Origin: Candidatus Calditenuaceae archaeon
GTDB lineage: Archaea; Thermoproteota; Nitrososphaeria_A; Caldarchaeales; Calditenuaceae
Assembly (NCBI GenBank): GCA_025059595.1
Contig: JANXDI010000015.1
Span: 167,469 to 231,468 of the forward strand
Reading direction: 5' to 3'
Length of the DNA stretch: 64,000 nt
Shown here in pieces: positions 35,878 through 45,530 of the stretch (the stretch's first letter is position 1; each line of letters begins with the position of its first letter). The notes under the pieces are model-generated. The model had not been told where the DNA came from. It saw only the letters and a program-made list of their open reading frames with translations, and ran no database searches. A program made the position numbers and the translations under genes.

Positions 35878-36156
35878 TTGGGGCGGAGAAGGATGCCCTA
35901 CTTCGTTGTCATACTTGAAGCCATACCCGGTGTTCAACCTACGCAGGAACAGAGGCAATCACACCTCAACCACCTCGCATCACTCAGGTCCAGAGGTATC
36001 CTCCACGCCGCTGGGAGATTCAAAGACGGCACCGGGGGCCTCTATATACTTGAGGCAAAAGATATGGAGGAGGCTAAAAATACCGCGTGGTCAGACCCAT
36101 ACGTAAAGCTCGGGCTAAGGAAGTGCAGCGTTAAAGAGTGGGAGCGAGCATACTGA
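35878..36156 (+). CDS. YciI-like protein
   Basis: 92 aa. YFVVILE ... HLNHLASLRSRGILHAAGRF ... GGLYILEAKDMEEAKNTAWSDPY. Confidence 0.7.
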   Translation: MGRRRMPYFVVILEAIPGVQPTQEQRQSHLNHLASLRSRGILHAAGRFKDGTGGLYILEAKDMEEAKNTAWSDPYVKLGLRKCSVKEWERAY

Positions 36157-36665
36157 GCACGACTGGCAAAACCCTAAATATTCTCCGGGTGTGCATTTGT
36201 TTCCAAGCCTTGCGCCGAGTATTTTTGGCCTTGTTAGCGGCTGTCCTCATGGCTGCGGCGCTTTGGATGCTTTTCTTCTTTCTCTCATCGGATGGCTATG
36301 TTGTTGAAGGTGGGAGGTATTTTGTGGTTGACGTAGCGGGTGAAAGGTTCATCATCTACGTGACGGAGAGGGAGACGATTAGGCTGGCTGAGGAGAATAT
36401 GAGAGGACTGAATAGCATGTTTCCCATCGGTGAGCTTGAGTATGGGGACGGCGGGTTCAACAAGCCTTGGAGCTGGCACCTCAACTCGGAGTCCGTAAGA
36501 ATGGTCGAAGTTGCTGTCGAGGTCTGCGACGGCCTCCCGAGCCATGTTGAGGCGGACCTAAAATACTGGGTCGAGGTTGTGGGCCGCTACTGCCCTTGGG
36601 GAGGGAGGATAGTTGCGTCCGCCGATAGTGTCGAGGAGCTCCTAGGCCAGGCCTCGATTAAATAG
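36138..36665 (+). CDS. Hypothetical membrane-anchored protein
   Basis: A TM anchor precedes a ~120-aa domain with GGFNKPWSWHL ... EVCDGLPSHVE ... YCPWGG. No family assigned. The start is uncertain, and the ORF overlaps the YciI-like gene by 19 nt. Confidence 0.5.
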   Translation: MGASILSTTGKTLNILRVCICFQALRRVFLALLAAVLMAAALWMLFFFLSSDGYVVEGGRYFVVDVAGERFIIYVTERETIRLAEENMRGLNSMFPIGELEYGDGGFNKPWSWHLNSESVRMVEVAVEVCDGLPSHVEADLKYWVEVVGRYCPWGGRIVASADSVEELLGQASIK

Positions 36666-36685
36666 TAGGAGAGGCGGCCGATGTA

Positions 36686-37702
36686 TTGGCCGTGACTAGC
36701 TTAGCGTTGCCTCAGATTGCCCATAGGCTTCTCAGACTACTTCCTCCCGAGGAGGCGCATAGAGCCGGGTTGGCGCTGGTGAAGTTCGTAAAGCCTCAGC
36801 GGCTCGAGGTCCCGGAGGAGGTTATGCTCGAGACCTGGCTTGGTAGGCTTGCTCCCCCGATCGGCCTTGCGGCTGGTCTTGATAAGACTGGCGAAAGAGT
36901 CGCCCACTTGTCCGCGCTCGGTTTCGGATATGTTGTGGCTGGCTCGATAACCTTGGCCCCTAGGGCGGGAAATAGGAGGCCGAGAATCGTGAGGAGGGAG
37001 GGTGAGGCCTTGGTCAACGCGATGGGGCTGCCGAACCCTGGCCTAGATGCCTTCGTCAAGAACCTAGCCAGGGCCGCACCTGCGGCAGGGGTTCCGGTCG
37101 TCGCAAGCGTTGCTGGCACCGACCCCGGCGAGATTCTGAAGTGCTATTTGGGCCTGCGTGGGGCGGCGTCTGGCGTGGAGGTGAATCTCAGCTCCCCCAG
37201 CCTCAGCGAGGCCGCAGCCATATGGTCTGAGGAGATGTTTCGCCTGCTAGTTGAGAGGCTCTCGGAGGCTAAGTGGTGCCCTGTGGCTCTGAAGGTTCCT
37301 CCACTGGCGAGGAGTGATTTGAGGGAGCTCGTCCTGAAGGCTGTCAAGATTTGGGCCGACTTTGGCCTAGAAAGCATCACGGCCGTGAACACACTTCCCG
37401 TCCCGGAGCCGCGCCTCTCAACAGGGTTCGGCGGCTTGAGCGGCAGGCCTCTAAAAAAATACATGCTAGAGAGCCTGAGGGAGCTGCGCCGCATAATTGG
37501 CGACGGATGCGAGATAAACGCGGTCGGAGGCATCTTTACTGCCGAGGATGCTTTACAGGCCTTTGAACTCGGGGCAAAGACCGTGCAAATCTACACAGCC
37601 CTAGCCTACCGCGGGCCGAGCATAGTCAGGCAGATGATTACAGACTTGGCCAAAACCCTGAGAAAGTTGGGGATGAGGAGTATAGAGGAGGCCCTGCCTT
37701 GA
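36686..37702 (+). CDS. pyrD: Dihydroorotate dehydrogenase, class-2-like (serine catalytic base)
   Basis: LLPPEEAHRAG N-terminal extension, GLAAGLDKTGE, NAMGLPNPGLD, and active-site loop VEVNLSSPS (Ser rather than Cys). Confidence 0.85.
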   Translation: MAVTSLALPQIAHRLLRLLPPEEAHRAGLALVKFVKPQRLEVPEEVMLETWLGRLAPPIGLAAGLDKTGERVAHLSALGFGYVVAGSITLAPRAGNRRPRIVRREGEALVNAMGLPNPGLDAFVKNLARAAPAAGVPVVASVAGTDPGEILKCYLGLRGAASGVEVNLSSPSLSEAAAIWSEEMFRLLVERLSEAKWCPVALKVPPLARSDLRELVLKAVKIWADFGLESITAVNTLPVPEPRLSTGFGGLSGRPLKKYMLESLRELRRIIGDGCEINAVGGIFTAEDALQAFELGAKTVQIYTALAYRGPSIVRQMITDLAKTLRKLGMRSIEEALP

Positions 37703-37750
37703 CGAAGCCCGAAAACGGTATTTATAAAGCCGGGCTCTCTTCCCCGTGAG

Positions 37751-39493
37751 ATGGAGGACCCCGCCGACTATCTCGCCTCGAAATATAAGTACATCTTCAG
37801 GGTCCCTGGCGCTCAGCGGCCTACCGTTCTGGTCGCGGTCTCGGCGGGTCTCATCGGCCTTCTCGCAGGCCAGCTCAGCGGAAAGCACCTCCACTCGGTC
37901 TTGTATGGGCTAGCTGGTTTCGCCGCGGTGCCCCTTCTGCTGAGTGTTATTTCTTCAAGCATCTTCCGGGGAATTCCCATTCACTCGACATTCAGGCGTC
38001 TATGCCAGCTCACGCTACTTTCAAACTACGTCTTAATTGCTGGGCTACTGGCTGCAAACATCTCCGCGCTCCTCAACCTAGATGCTCTAATTCCAATACT
38101 CTCAGCCTCACTCGCAGTAATCACATACATCAGACTAACACTCACTTGGATGGTGGACGGTGATGGTGGGCTGCCTGTGGCCGCTTGGTCGCTGATAGAC
38201 TCCGCCCTCGCCTCTCTCTTCACCTCGCTTACAGTCGGCGCTACGATTCCCAGCATGATTTTAGCCGGCCCCTTGATAGGGGCGGCGATAGCGGTCCCCA
38301 CCATTACCTACTTCAGCATTCCAGACAGAGATGGTATCTCATCAGCGAGGCTGTCAAGAGGTTTTGCCCAACTCCTTCTCGAAGGCAATCCAACTGCTCT
38401 CGAAGATTCTCTATACAGGCTCGGGACGATTAACGAGCGCGTGACCGAGGCCTTCGTCTTTAAAGGCAAGAGAAGTGGTAAGCTCTCGGCGCTGATTATA
38501 CTGCCGTTCCACATGGGGCCTTTCGGCCGGATGGGTAGTGCGATGCTCAATTGGCTTGTGGAGGCTGAGGCTGCAAAGAGTGGAATTAATGCAGTTGCAG
38601 TTAAAGGATGCACGACCCACAAATCCGACATCATATCGAGCAGCGACGCTGCTCGGGTTGCAGCCGAGATAGCCGAGGGCCTCAAAGGAAGTTACGACGT
38701 ATGGAGTGATGAGGCCGCTGTCCGTGAGGGGTTGAGAGTTGGAAGTGTTGAGGGCTTGATGATAGAGTTGGCTGGCCGGAAAATCGCGGTAGTCAGCCTC
38801 CATCCCGAGCCTATGGAAGACATTCCCGAAGAGATTACTCCATTCGCAGAAGAGCTTAACATCTCTGTAATCGACACCCACAACTCTTTCTCGCCAAGCT
38901 TCAAGAGGCTGACTACTCGGAGCCTGATGAACATTCAGAACCTTCTGAGGGAGATAAGCAGCATTCAGGAATCCGTCCGCGGCAAGCTCAGAGTCTCGCT
39001 ATCCAAGCTGGGCTTCGGGAGGCACGAGCCGAGAAAAGGGATTGGGCCGTGCGGCTATTCACTACTGGCTTTCACGGTTGATGGTCTTAAGGTTGCCTTG
39101 GGGGTGGCGGACGGAAATAACGCCATGCCGTGGGTCAGGGAGGCGTTGAGGCGTAGCCTCTCGGAACGTGGATGGCACGTCTCTGAGCTGCTGACGACGG
39201 ACACTCATTCTGTGAACGGGGTGGTTCTCGGCGGCCGTGGATACTTTCCAGTCGGGGAAAAAACCTCTAGGGAGGAGATTGTCAGCATCTTTGATGAGCT
39301 TTCATCCGAGGCAGAGAAGATTTTAGAGGAGTCGGAGACTGCCTATCTGAGAATCAGACACACGGGCATCAGACTTTTCACGGAAGAGCTCTTCAAGAGC
39401 TTAGCACATCGAGTGAGGTTACACGCCACAATATACCTGTTAGGCCTAGCCGGCTCAGCCGCGCTCAGTTTTATCTTAGCCTCTATAATTTAG
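37751..39493 (+). CDS. DUF2070-family archaeal membrane protein
   Basis: 580 aa. A polytopic N-terminal third, a soluble middle region and a C-terminal TM. The overall layout matches my recollection of DUF2070. No catalytic motif recognised. Confidence 0.6.
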   Translation: MEDPADYLASKYKYIFRVPGAQRPTVLVAVSAGLIGLLAGQLSGKHLHSVLYGLAGFAAVPLLLSVISSSIFRGIPIHSTFRRLCQLTLLSNYVLIAGLLAANISALLNLDALIPILSASLAVITYIRLTLTWMVDGDGGLPVAAWSLIDSALASLFTSLTVGATIPSMILAGPLIGAAIAVPTITYFSIPDRDGISSARLSRGFAQLLLEGNPTALEDSLYRLGTINERVTEAFVFKGKRSGKLSALIILPFHMGPFGRMGSAMLNWLVEAEAAKSGINAVAVKGCTTHKSDIISSSDAARVAAEIAEGLKGSYDVWSDEAAVREGLRVGSVEGLMIELAGRKIAVVSLHPEPMEDIPEEITPFAEELNISVIDTHNSFSPSFKRLTTRSLMNIQNLLREISSIQESVRGKLRVSLSKLGFGRHEPRKGIGPCGYSLLAFTVDGLKVALGVADGNNAMPWVREALRRSLSERGWHVSELLTTDTHSVNGVVLGGRGYFPVGEKTSREEIVSIFDELSSEAEKILEESETAYLRIRHTGIRLFTEELFKSLAHRVRLHATIYLLGLAGSAALSFILASII

Positions 39494-39545
39494 CGGGCCC
39501 GGATAAACTATTATATCCTGATGGGCGTAGAGTATTACAAGCCGG

Positions 39546-39809
39546 TTGATTCCCCAGATAATAATTGGAAAGAAGCCAGTCTTACGATACGTCACGGCAT
39601 GCATCACGACTTTCAACAGGGGAAGCAACAGGGTCACGCTTAGGGCGCGGGGGCGTAGAATAAGCTCTTGCGTCGATGTTGTGAATGCCTTAAGGAGGGG
39701 GTTCCTCACCGACATTCAGATCGAGAGCATAAACATCGGCACAGAGACTATCACGATAAACAGCAAGGAGAGGAAAATCAGCTATATAGAGATCACCCTA
39801 AGACGATAG
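39546..39809 (+). CDS. albA: DNA/RNA-binding protein Alba
   Basis: IIGKKPVLRYVTACITTFNRGSNRVTLRARGRRIS. The TTG start is the first possible start after an in-frame TAG at 39528. Confidence 0.9.
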   Translation: MIPQIIIGKKPVLRYVTACITTFNRGSNRVTLRARGRRISSCVDVVNALRRGFLTDIQIESINIGTETITINSKERKISYIEITLRR

Positions 39810-39819
39810 TGGGATAGGG

Positions 39820-41178
39820 ATGCCACCGTGGCTTAATCAGTTGAGGCAGCCTAAGGCGGCCATTATTGTGCTTACCATAGTTTACCTTGTTCTGAAAATT
39901 TCAATAATCAATACGCCATCTCCGGAGAAGCCGCCGGAGGAATGTATTGAGCAGGCCGGGGGCTGCGGATTTGTCTTTGACGAGGCGCATTATGTTAGGG
40001 CCGTTAGGAGGATGATTGGGGGCGAGGCCGCGAATAACGAACACCCGCCGCTGGCGAAATACCTCATAATGTATTCGATACTTGCTTTCGGCGACGCCCC
40101 GTTTGCTTGGCGTCTCCCCTCGGTTTTGTCGGGTGTGCTCACCCTTCCAATTCTCTATCTTCTTGCGCGGAGGCTAATCGGAGATAGCAAGGCTGCCCTG
40201 CTCGCTGTCTTGTTGTTCGCTCTCGACGTGACAAGCTTTAACATCTCGTCGATAGCGATTCTAGACTCTCCTTCGCTCTTATTCGCTCTTGCCGGCACAT
40301 ATCTTTTCATTTCCGGCCGGCAGATACTAGGAACGGTTCCTCTGGCCTTGGCTGTGCTCTCCAAGACCTCGGCTGCGTTCACGGCCCTTGGCGTAATTCT
40401 TTACACATCATTGGTTGTAGGCAAGTCGGGAGAGGACACTGCAATGCGAATTTCACGCTCGACGCGTAGCGTGGTTCTATACAGCCTCCTCATCTTCGCG
40501 ATTTTGACGGCGGGACTCGCGGTTTATGATGTCCAGTTCCGCGCCTTCCCACAACCCTTCGCCCACCTCGACTTCATTTTGAGTTATCACTCGTCGCTTA
40601 GGTTTAGCTGCTCGGAGCCTCATTTACCCCTCTACTGCATTCACAGGGACGACGGGGGAAGCACTGTCGTGGACCTGCCGCTCAACTGGGTTTTACCGGT
40701 CTGGGGATACAGCCCGATGGGCTTCTACGTTGTGACGGTGGTCATCGATGGCCGCGAGCAGCACCCCATACTCTACTATGGTATTCAGAGCCCGCTCTGG
40801 TGGCTTTTCTGGATTGCCGCGATTTACTGCTTGCCGAGCGGCGTCAAGAACATTGTCCAATATTTCAGAGGCTTGAAGACTGTTCAGGCTGAGGGGCGGG
40901 AGGCCGTTGATACATTTTTCACGGTCTGGGTGGCTCTCAACTATCTCGTATACTTCCCTCTCGCCTATCTGTTGAGCAGGTGGGTCTACCCCTTTTACTT
41001 CTATTTCACTTTGCCTGTCCTCGCCATCGCTTTAGCGGATATACTGAGGAGGAGGGATTTACCGGATTACGTTACTTTGATTGTCTTGGGTGCCCAGTTT
41101 ATGTGGTTCTTCATCTACTATCCCGTTAGGAGCGAGGAGCATATGGCGCTGTTGAGGCTGCTGGGTCTCCCCGCTTAG
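39820..41178 (+). CDS. GT-C fold glycosyltransferase (PMT_2/ArnT/GT39-like)
   Basis: Polytopic membrane protein with FDEAHYVR and NEHPPLAKYLI in the first extracytoplasmic loop. Confidence 0.75.
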   Translation: MPPWLNQLRQPKAAIIVLTIVYLVLKISIINTPSPEKPPEECIEQAGGCGFVFDEAHYVRAVRRMIGGEAANNEHPPLAKYLIMYSILAFGDAPFAWRLPSVLSGVLTLPILYLLARRLIGDSKAALLAVLLFALDVTSFNISSIAILDSPSLLFALAGTYLFISGRQILGTVPLALAVLSKTSAAFTALGVILYTSLVVGKSGEDTAMRISRSTRSVVLYSLLIFAILTAGLAVYDVQFRAFPQPFAHLDFILSYHSSLRFSCSEPHLPLYCIHRDDGGSTVVDLPLNWVLPVWGYSPMGFYVVTVVIDGREQHPILYYGIQSPLWWLFWIAAIYCLPSGVKNIVQYFRGLKTVQAEGREAVDTFFTVWVALNYLVYFPLAYLLSRWVYPFYFYFTLPVLAIALADILRRRDLPDYVTLIVLGAQFMWFFIYYPVRSEEHMALLRLLGLPA

Positions 41179-41221
41179 GAGTTTTGGTTTATAGCTTGTC
41201 GAGTCATTCTCCGAGACGGCC

Positions 41222-42289
41222 ATGGTTAAGGTCGTTGATGGCGCGCGGGGTGAAGGCGGTGGCCAGATTCTCAGATACGCTGTCTCGACCTGCGCCCTCT
41301 TAGGTGAAGAGCTGAGGGTCTTCAACATCCGGGCTAAGCGGAGCCCGCCGGGGCTGAGGCCGCAGCACATAACCGCGATAAAGTCGGTCGCAGAGGTCTG
41401 TGGAGGAACGGTTGAGGGCCTCAAGATAGGCTCCTCCAGCATCATCTTCAGGCCGACAAGGCCGCGCGGAGGCAAATACTTCTTCGACACAGGCACAGCC
41501 GGAAGCGCACCACTCGTGCTCCAATCACTCCTGCCGGTCATCTGCTTCGCAGACGGCCCATGCGAGGTTGAGATCAGAGGAGGGACAAACAACCCCATGG
41601 CTCCGCCAGTTGACTACATTCAGGAGGTTCTTGCTCCGGCTTTGAGGATGATGGGCGTTGAGGTTAGGCTGGAGCTGGTGAGGAGGGGATTTTATCCTCG
41701 GGGGCAGGGAGTTGTGAGGGTTGAGACGCGTCCCGTCAAGAGGCTGAAGCCGATTGAGGCCCTCGACGCGAAGGTCGAGGCTATTGAGGTTTATGCCTAC
41801 AGCTGTAACCTCCCAGACCATATAGTTAGGAGGATGGCGGCTGCCGCCGAGTCCCATCTCGGGAGGGCTGGCTACAGGGACATCACCGTGAGGACCGAGC
41901 CCCTCGACAGAGAGGACCCGCGGAACTCGCTCGACCCTGGCACGGGCATCCTGATTCTGGCGAGGCTCTCCAGCGGCCTTTCGATGGGCTTCGACTCGCT
42001 CGGCGAGAGAGGTGTGCCGGCGGAGGAGGTCGCCAGAAGGGCGGCCGAGGAGGCGCTTTCCCAGCTCTCCACGGGAGCTCCAATAGACAAGCACCTCGCA
42101 GACCAGCTTATCATCTGGATGGCGTTGGCTGATGGTGAGTCGAGAATAAGGACCTCGGCAATCACGAGCCACACGGCGACCGGCGTGGATGTTGTGGGAA
42201 GCCTCACGGGTGCCGAGTTCGGGGTTAAGGAAGAGGGCCCTAAGGGGGCCCTGATTAGCTGCCGGGGGATTGGGTTGAGGCCTTCTTAG
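41222..42289 (+). CDS. rtcA: RNA 3'-terminal phosphate cyclase
   Basis: GGGQILRYAVSTCAL and catalytic His context DKHLADQLI. 355 aa. Confidence 0.9.
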   Translation: MVKVVDGARGEGGGQILRYAVSTCALLGEELRVFNIRAKRSPPGLRPQHITAIKSVAEVCGGTVEGLKIGSSSIIFRPTRPRGGKYFFDTGTAGSAPLVLQSLLPVICFADGPCEVEIRGGTNNPMAPPVDYIQEVLAPALRMMGVEVRLELVRRGFYPRGQGVVRVETRPVKRLKPIEALDAKVEAIEVYAYSCNLPDHIVRRMAAAAESHLGRAGYRDITVRTEPLDREDPRNSLDPGTGILILARLSSGLSMGFDSLGERGVPAEEVARRAAEEALSQLSTGAPIDKHLADQLIIWMALADGESRIRTSAITSHTATGVDVVGSLTGAEFGVKEEGPKGALISCRGIGLRPS

Positions 42290-42304
42290 TCTTGGGGGAA
42301 GGCT

Positions 42305-42312
42305 GATATATT
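42305..42312 (+). promoter_or_regulatory. TATA-like box for the PadR gene, followed by the palindrome CGATATATCG (42324-42333)
   Basis: GATATATT is centred about 30 nt upstream of ATG 42338. A perfect 10-bp palindrome lies between the box and the ATG. Confidence 0.35.
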
Positions 42313-42337
42313 GCATAGGCTCACGATATATCGAGAT

Positions 42338-42838
42338 ATGAAGGGATGGGGAGGGCTCCCCCCACCACCCCTCTTCGGGCTGAGGTGGATGGGTCGGGGC
42401 GACATTAGGCTGATAATACTTGAAACCCTGAGGTCTGGGCCGAAACGGGGCTACGAGGTCATCAAAAGCATAAGGGAGATGTTCGGTGGCTGGTATACGC
42501 CTAGCCCAGGCGCGGTCTACCCAACCCTTCAGTGGCTCGAGGATGAGGGGCTTGTCGAGTCTGAGACGACGGGTGACGGGAAGAGGCGGTACAGGATTAC
42601 GGAGGAGGGTCTCAAGTTCTTGAGAGAGAGGGAGGAGCAGCTCACGGCTTTCCGCGAGAAGTGTCGGAGAGCCACCTCGATTGAGGGGCTTGAGCTTCTC
42701 GACTCGGCTAGAAGGCTTGGAATCACAGTCATCCAAGCATACATTCACTATCCCACAGAAAGGCTGGCTGAAGTCTCTAGGATTCTCGAGGAGGCGAGAA
42801 AGAGGATTCTGAGCCTCGGCGAAGGTGGGGAGAGATGA
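42338..42838 (+). CDS. PadR-family transcriptional regulator
   Basis: IRLIILETLRSGPKRGYEVIKSI ... SPGAVYPTLQWLEDEGLV. The ORF is open from TTG 42311. ATG 42338 and ATG 42389 are alternative starts. Confidence 0.8.
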   Translation: MKGWGGLPPPPLFGLRWMGRGDIRLIILETLRSGPKRGYEVIKSIREMFGGWYTPSPGAVYPTLQWLEDEGLVESETTGDGKRRYRITEEGLKFLREREEQLTAFREKCRRATSIEGLELLDSARRLGITVIQAYIHYPTERLAEVSRILEEARKRILSLGEGGER

Positions 42839-43830
42839 AGGCAGTTGAGGTGTCCCGCCTCAGAAAGGTCTTCGGCGAGATAGTCGCCGTGGATGACGTC
42901 TCGTTTTACGTGGATGAGGGTGAGGTCTTCGGGTTCTTGGGGCCGAATGGGGCGGGGAAGACAACAACCATAAACATGCTCACAACCCTCCTTAAGCCCT
43001 CCTCCGGCAGCGCCAAAGTCTGGGGGTTTGACATAGAGAGCGAGCCTGAGAGGGTTAGGGAGGTGATAGGGCTTGTCCCACAGGAATTAACCGTGGACGA
43101 CGAGCTCACCGGATACGAGAACATGATGCTCCAGGCTGCACTCTACCATGTGGGCAGGGAGGATACTAGAAGGAAGTCGAGGGAGATTCTCGAGTTCTTG
43201 GAGCTTGAGAAGTTCGCCCACAAGAAGGTCGAGACATATTCTGGGGGGATGAAAAAGAGGCTTGAGATAGGCTGTGCGCTTCTCCATGAACCGCGAATTC
43301 TCTTCTTGGACGAGCCGACTCTAGGGCTCGATGTGCAGACACGTGCAGCGATATGGAGCTACATCAAATCGCTGGTGAGGGAGAAGGGAGTAACAATCTT
43401 CATGACGACACACTACATGGACGAGGCGGACAGCGTCTGCGACAGAGTCGCTATAATCGACTACGGGAAGATAAGGGCGGTCGACACGCCGAACAACCTC
43501 AAATCCTCAATAGGCGGCGACTTGGTTGAGCTCGAGGTCTCAGAGCCGAACGGCCAGTTCGGCGAGAGTTTGAGGGTGCTTCCCGGAGTTCTTGACGTTG
43601 ACATGAATGGTGCGCACTTGGTGATTAAGGCGTTGAGGGGTGAGGAGGCTCTCCCCGCGATTATTTCAATGCTCGTGAGGAGTGGGGTCGATATTAGGCG
43701 TGTAGAGATGAAGAGGCCGAGCCTCGAAGAGGTCTTCCTCAGCCTGATGGGGAGGAAACTGAGGGACTTTGAGGGGAGCAGGGAAGAGGTGATGAAGCGG
43801 AGCATGACGTTAAGGAGGATGAGAAAATGA
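42835..43830 (+). CDS. ABC-2-type exporter ATP-binding protein
   Basis: Walker A GPNGAGKTT, signature YSGGMKKRLEI, Walker B ILFLDEPTLGLD. It overlaps the PadR gene by 4 nt. Confidence 0.9.
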   Translation: MKAVEVSRLRKVFGEIVAVDDVSFYVDEGEVFGFLGPNGAGKTTTINMLTTLLKPSSGSAKVWGFDIESEPERVREVIGLVPQELTVDDELTGYENMMLQAALYHVGREDTRRKSREILEFLELEKFAHKKVETYSGGMKKRLEIGCALLHEPRILFLDEPTLGLDVQTRAAIWSYIKSLVREKGVTIFMTTHYMDEADSVCDRVAIIDYGKIRAVDTPNNLKSSIGGDLVELEVSEPNGQFGESLRVLPGVLDVDMNGAHLVIKALRGEEALPAIISMLVRSGVDIRRVEMKRPSLEEVFLSLMGRKLRDFEGSREEVMKRSMTLRRMRK

Positions 43831-44699
43831 TGGAGAGTGCCTCCGAGATAGGGGCTATAGCGATGCGCGAGATTAAGAAGTGGTATCGCTCACCCATACT
43901 CTTATTCATGACAACGATTCAGCCCCTCCTCTGGATGAGCCTCTACGGAAAAGCCTTCAACCTAACCGGCCTCTTCAGAATACCCGAGGACATACTCAAC
44001 CAGCTACCCCCGGAGTCAACCGCAAGATTCGCATCCATCGTGAACGAGATTCTCTCAAGATTCTTCGGAGCCAGCGACATCGACTTCTTCTCCTACATCT
44101 CCGTCGGAATGATGGGCGTCATACTACTTTTCACATCCATGTCGAGCGGCATGTCGATAGCGTGGGATAGGAGGCTGGGCTTCCTCAACAAGTTGCTTGT
44201 CGCGCCCATCAGAAGAAGCTCGATAGTCTTCGGAAAGATTATCTCCTCAGTCGTCAGAGGGGTTGCACAGTCTCTCTTAGTTATGTTGATTGGGCTAGCC
44301 CTCGGCCTGAGGCTAAGAATCGCCGGGCCCCTTGAGTTTCTAATCGCACTCGCAGCCCTAGCCTTTCTAGGCGCATCCCTCTCGGCCCTAATCATCGCAG
44401 TCACGGTAAGACTCAAGTCTTGGGAATCTCACATAGCAGTCAGCAACCTCTTGACGTTGCCCCTCATGTTCACCAGCAGCGCACTTTACCCTGTCTCACT
44501 CATGCCCGACTGGCTGAGAGTCTTCGCGGTAGTCAACCCACTCACGCACGGAATAGAGCTCCTGAGACAGGCCATTTTACTCGGAGCTCCATTCACCAGC
44601 CCAGAACTGCTGTGGCACCTCTCCATCCTCACACTATTCGCAGCCGCGGCGACGTACGCAGGAATACACCTCTCAAACATCGCCCTTCGAAGAACATAG
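43827..44699 (+). CDS. ABC-2-type exporter permease
   Basis: 290 aa, about 6 TM segments, typical ABC-2 layout. It overlaps the ATPase gene by 4 nt. Confidence 0.85.
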   Translation: MMESASEIGAIAMREIKKWYRSPILLFMTTIQPLLWMSLYGKAFNLTGLFRIPEDILNQLPPESTARFASIVNEILSRFFGASDIDFFSYISVGMMGVILLFTSMSSGMSIAWDRRLGFLNKLLVAPIRRSSIVFGKIISSVVRGVAQSLLVMLIGLALGLRLRIAGPLEFLIALAALAFLGASLSALIIAVTVRLKSWESHIAVSNLLTLPLMFTSSALYPVSLMPDWLRVFAVVNPLTHGIELLRQAILLGAPFTSPELLWHLSILTLFAAAATYAGIHLSNIALRRT

Positions 44700-45530
44700 C
44701 TAAAAGAGCGTGAACTTCCCACGCCTCAAGGCTCTCCTCAATAAGACTTTCTCCAAGAAACGACCTACAATATAGATGGCGAGACATAGCAGACCGCCGA
44801 CTGGCAATACTATCTCCGGCGGTATGAAAAAGAGGCCTGTCGCAGAGGCGATTATCGGATGAATAATATAGAAAAACGGCGAGTAAAGGACTGCACCCTG
44901 AATCTCAGGCGGGAGCGCCTCGACGGGAATCGCGCCACTCGTGAAAGGTATGACAAACTGAGCCACATTTATGATAATCCACGGGGACCTAAGCGATACC
45001 AGCAAGACGGCAAGTATTGACGAGAAAATGTAGAAGAAAACTCCGGCAACAGCGAGGGAGACAACCATCAGGGCTGGATATGCTACGCTCAGCCTTGTCC
45101 CGAAGCCGACGGCAGATATGAGGAGTAGGGCGGGTCCGCCAACGGCCACGTCGAGGATAGAGATAACCATCCGACCCAGCATATGCTGCCTGACACTGCT
45201 CCCAGTCAACAAGACATACTCTAGAATTCCCTCCTGCGCCGAGGTCGCTAGAAAAACGGAGCTCCAGATAAAAGACGATACGAAGATGAAGGTGAAGAAG
45301 GCCCAGCTGAATGCGTTCAAGTGATACTGCGAGGCGAGGAGGGACGGCGAATACATGAGGAATGATAGGAAGAAGAAGATTGTCCAAAATGGCCAAGACA
45401 TGAGGTCGGAAAACAGCCAAATCCGATACCTCGCATAAGTGGTGAGGCCCCTCTCCATCTCCGCGAAAACTCTACCAATGGACTCCACTCTTCCGAACAT
45501 AAGCCACCTCACCAAGCCTGAAGAAAACAA
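44700..45530 (-). CDS. ABC-2-like exporter permease (second membrane subunit)
   Basis: 276 aa, polytopic. It lies downstream of an ATPase gene and a first permease gene on the minus strand. Confidence 0.7.
   Translation of the reverse strand: MFSSGLVRWLMFGRVESIGRVFAEMERGLTTYARYRIWLFSDLMSWPFWTIFFFLSFLMYSPSLLASQYHLNAFSWAFFTFIFVSSFIWSSVFLATSAQEGILEYVLLTGSSVRQHMLGRMVISILDVAVGGPALLLISAVGFGTRLSVAYPALMVVSLAVAGVFFYIFSSILAVLLVSLRSPWIIINVAQFVIPFTSGAIPVEALPPEIQGAVLYSPFFYIIHPIIASATGLFFIPPEIVLPVGGLLCLAIYIVGRFLEKVLLRRALRRGKFTLF

Noticed and set aside
35849-36106. 85-aa ORF overlapping the YciI-like gene in another frame
   Set aside because: The YciI-like frame has recognisable family features. The alternative frame is Ser/Thr/Arg/Gly-rich without motifs.
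41525-42748. 407-aa ORF on the minus strand spanning the 3' half of rtcA and most of the PadR gene
   Set aside because: It is antisense to two ORFs with clear family motifs. The translation is Pro/Arg/Leu-rich and low-complexity (PPPQPEEGWWGEPSPS, RRLRLDKP) with no motif. Long stop-free antisense frames are expected in G+C-rich coding DNA.
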